DNA of 6,132 nucleotides from a virus (Duplodnaviria; Heunggongvirae; Uroviricota; Caudoviricetes): IMG/VR virus record IMGVR_UViG_2663762857_000017; one strand, 5' to 3'. Shown piece by piece: positions 5,893 to 6,132 of this stretch (position 1 is its first letter; each line of letters starts with the position of its first letter). The notes under the pieces were generated by a model. It saw only the letters and a program-made list of their open reading frames with translations, ran no database searches and was not told where the DNA came from. The position numbers and the translations under genes were made by a program.

Positions 5893-6024
5893 ATGGCAAA
5901 GATCCGATATCTGCAGGGCACGCATGATGCCCGGGCCGGGGATATCCGTGATGTGGCACAGCCGTGTGCGGAGGTGCTGGTTCGCCTGGGAAAGGCAGAG
6001 TACATCACAGTGCGACGTCCGTAA
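5893..6024 (+). CDS. Hypothetical small protein (43 aa) downstream of the capsid gene
   Basis: ATG to TAA ORF encoding MAKIRYLQGTHDARAGDIRDVAQPCAEVLVRLGKAEYITVRRP. It is below the ORF-track length cutoff, so I read it myself. SD is weak (AGG 2 nt upstream). Codon usage resembles the neighbouring genes. No recognisable domain. Confidence 0.3.
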   Translation: MAKIRYLQGTHDARAGDIRDVAQPCAEVLVRLGKAEYITVRRP

Positions 6025-6132
6025 GCGACTCGTCAGAACCGTATTGATATTTACTGAGAGCTCAGATCAACTTTCCAGGGCAACAGATCGCGTACCCGGT
6101 TTGCCGGCCAGTCCTGGATATGTTCAATGACG

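Noticed and set aside
5924-6130. 68-aa plus-strand ORF at the right edge
   Set aside because: Arg/Trp/Cys-rich with no motifs and no RBS. It overlaps the more plausible 43-aa ORF and the candidate convergent gene.
1-6132. CRISPR arrays, tRNA/rRNA genes, IS elements or integrase
   Set aside because: No regularly spaced direct repeats, no tRNA-like cloverleaf candidates, and no transposase or integrase-like ORFs were seen. The only repeats are the GTTAAC-core sites and the G10 tract.

Overview
This window reads as the cos-proximal start of an HK97-type (HNH-dependent, cos-packaging) head module from a prophage or phage-derived island, probably enterobacterial. Left to right: an AT-rich moron encoding a lipoprotein whose mature part closely resembles the TonB C-terminal domain (263-595, +); a small ribbon-helix-helix protein of the YlcI/DUF3950 kind (727-927, -); an HNH endonuclease (969-1334, +); a 290-bp non-coding region with a G10 tract, a perfect 24-bp palindrome and extra GTTAAC-core half-sites that I interpret as the cos/terminase-recognition region; terminase small subunit (1626-2189, +) translationally coupled to terminase large subunit (2186-3847, +); then a single 645-aa ORF fusing an HK97-family prohead protease domain to an HK97-fold major capsid protein (3911-5848, +), with an in-frame internal start for capsid alone. 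No portal gene lies between the terminase and the capsid, and the module seems to end just after the capsid gene. No tRNA, rRNA, CRISPR array or transposase was recognised. All calls rest on reading motifs by eye; no database search or computation was run.
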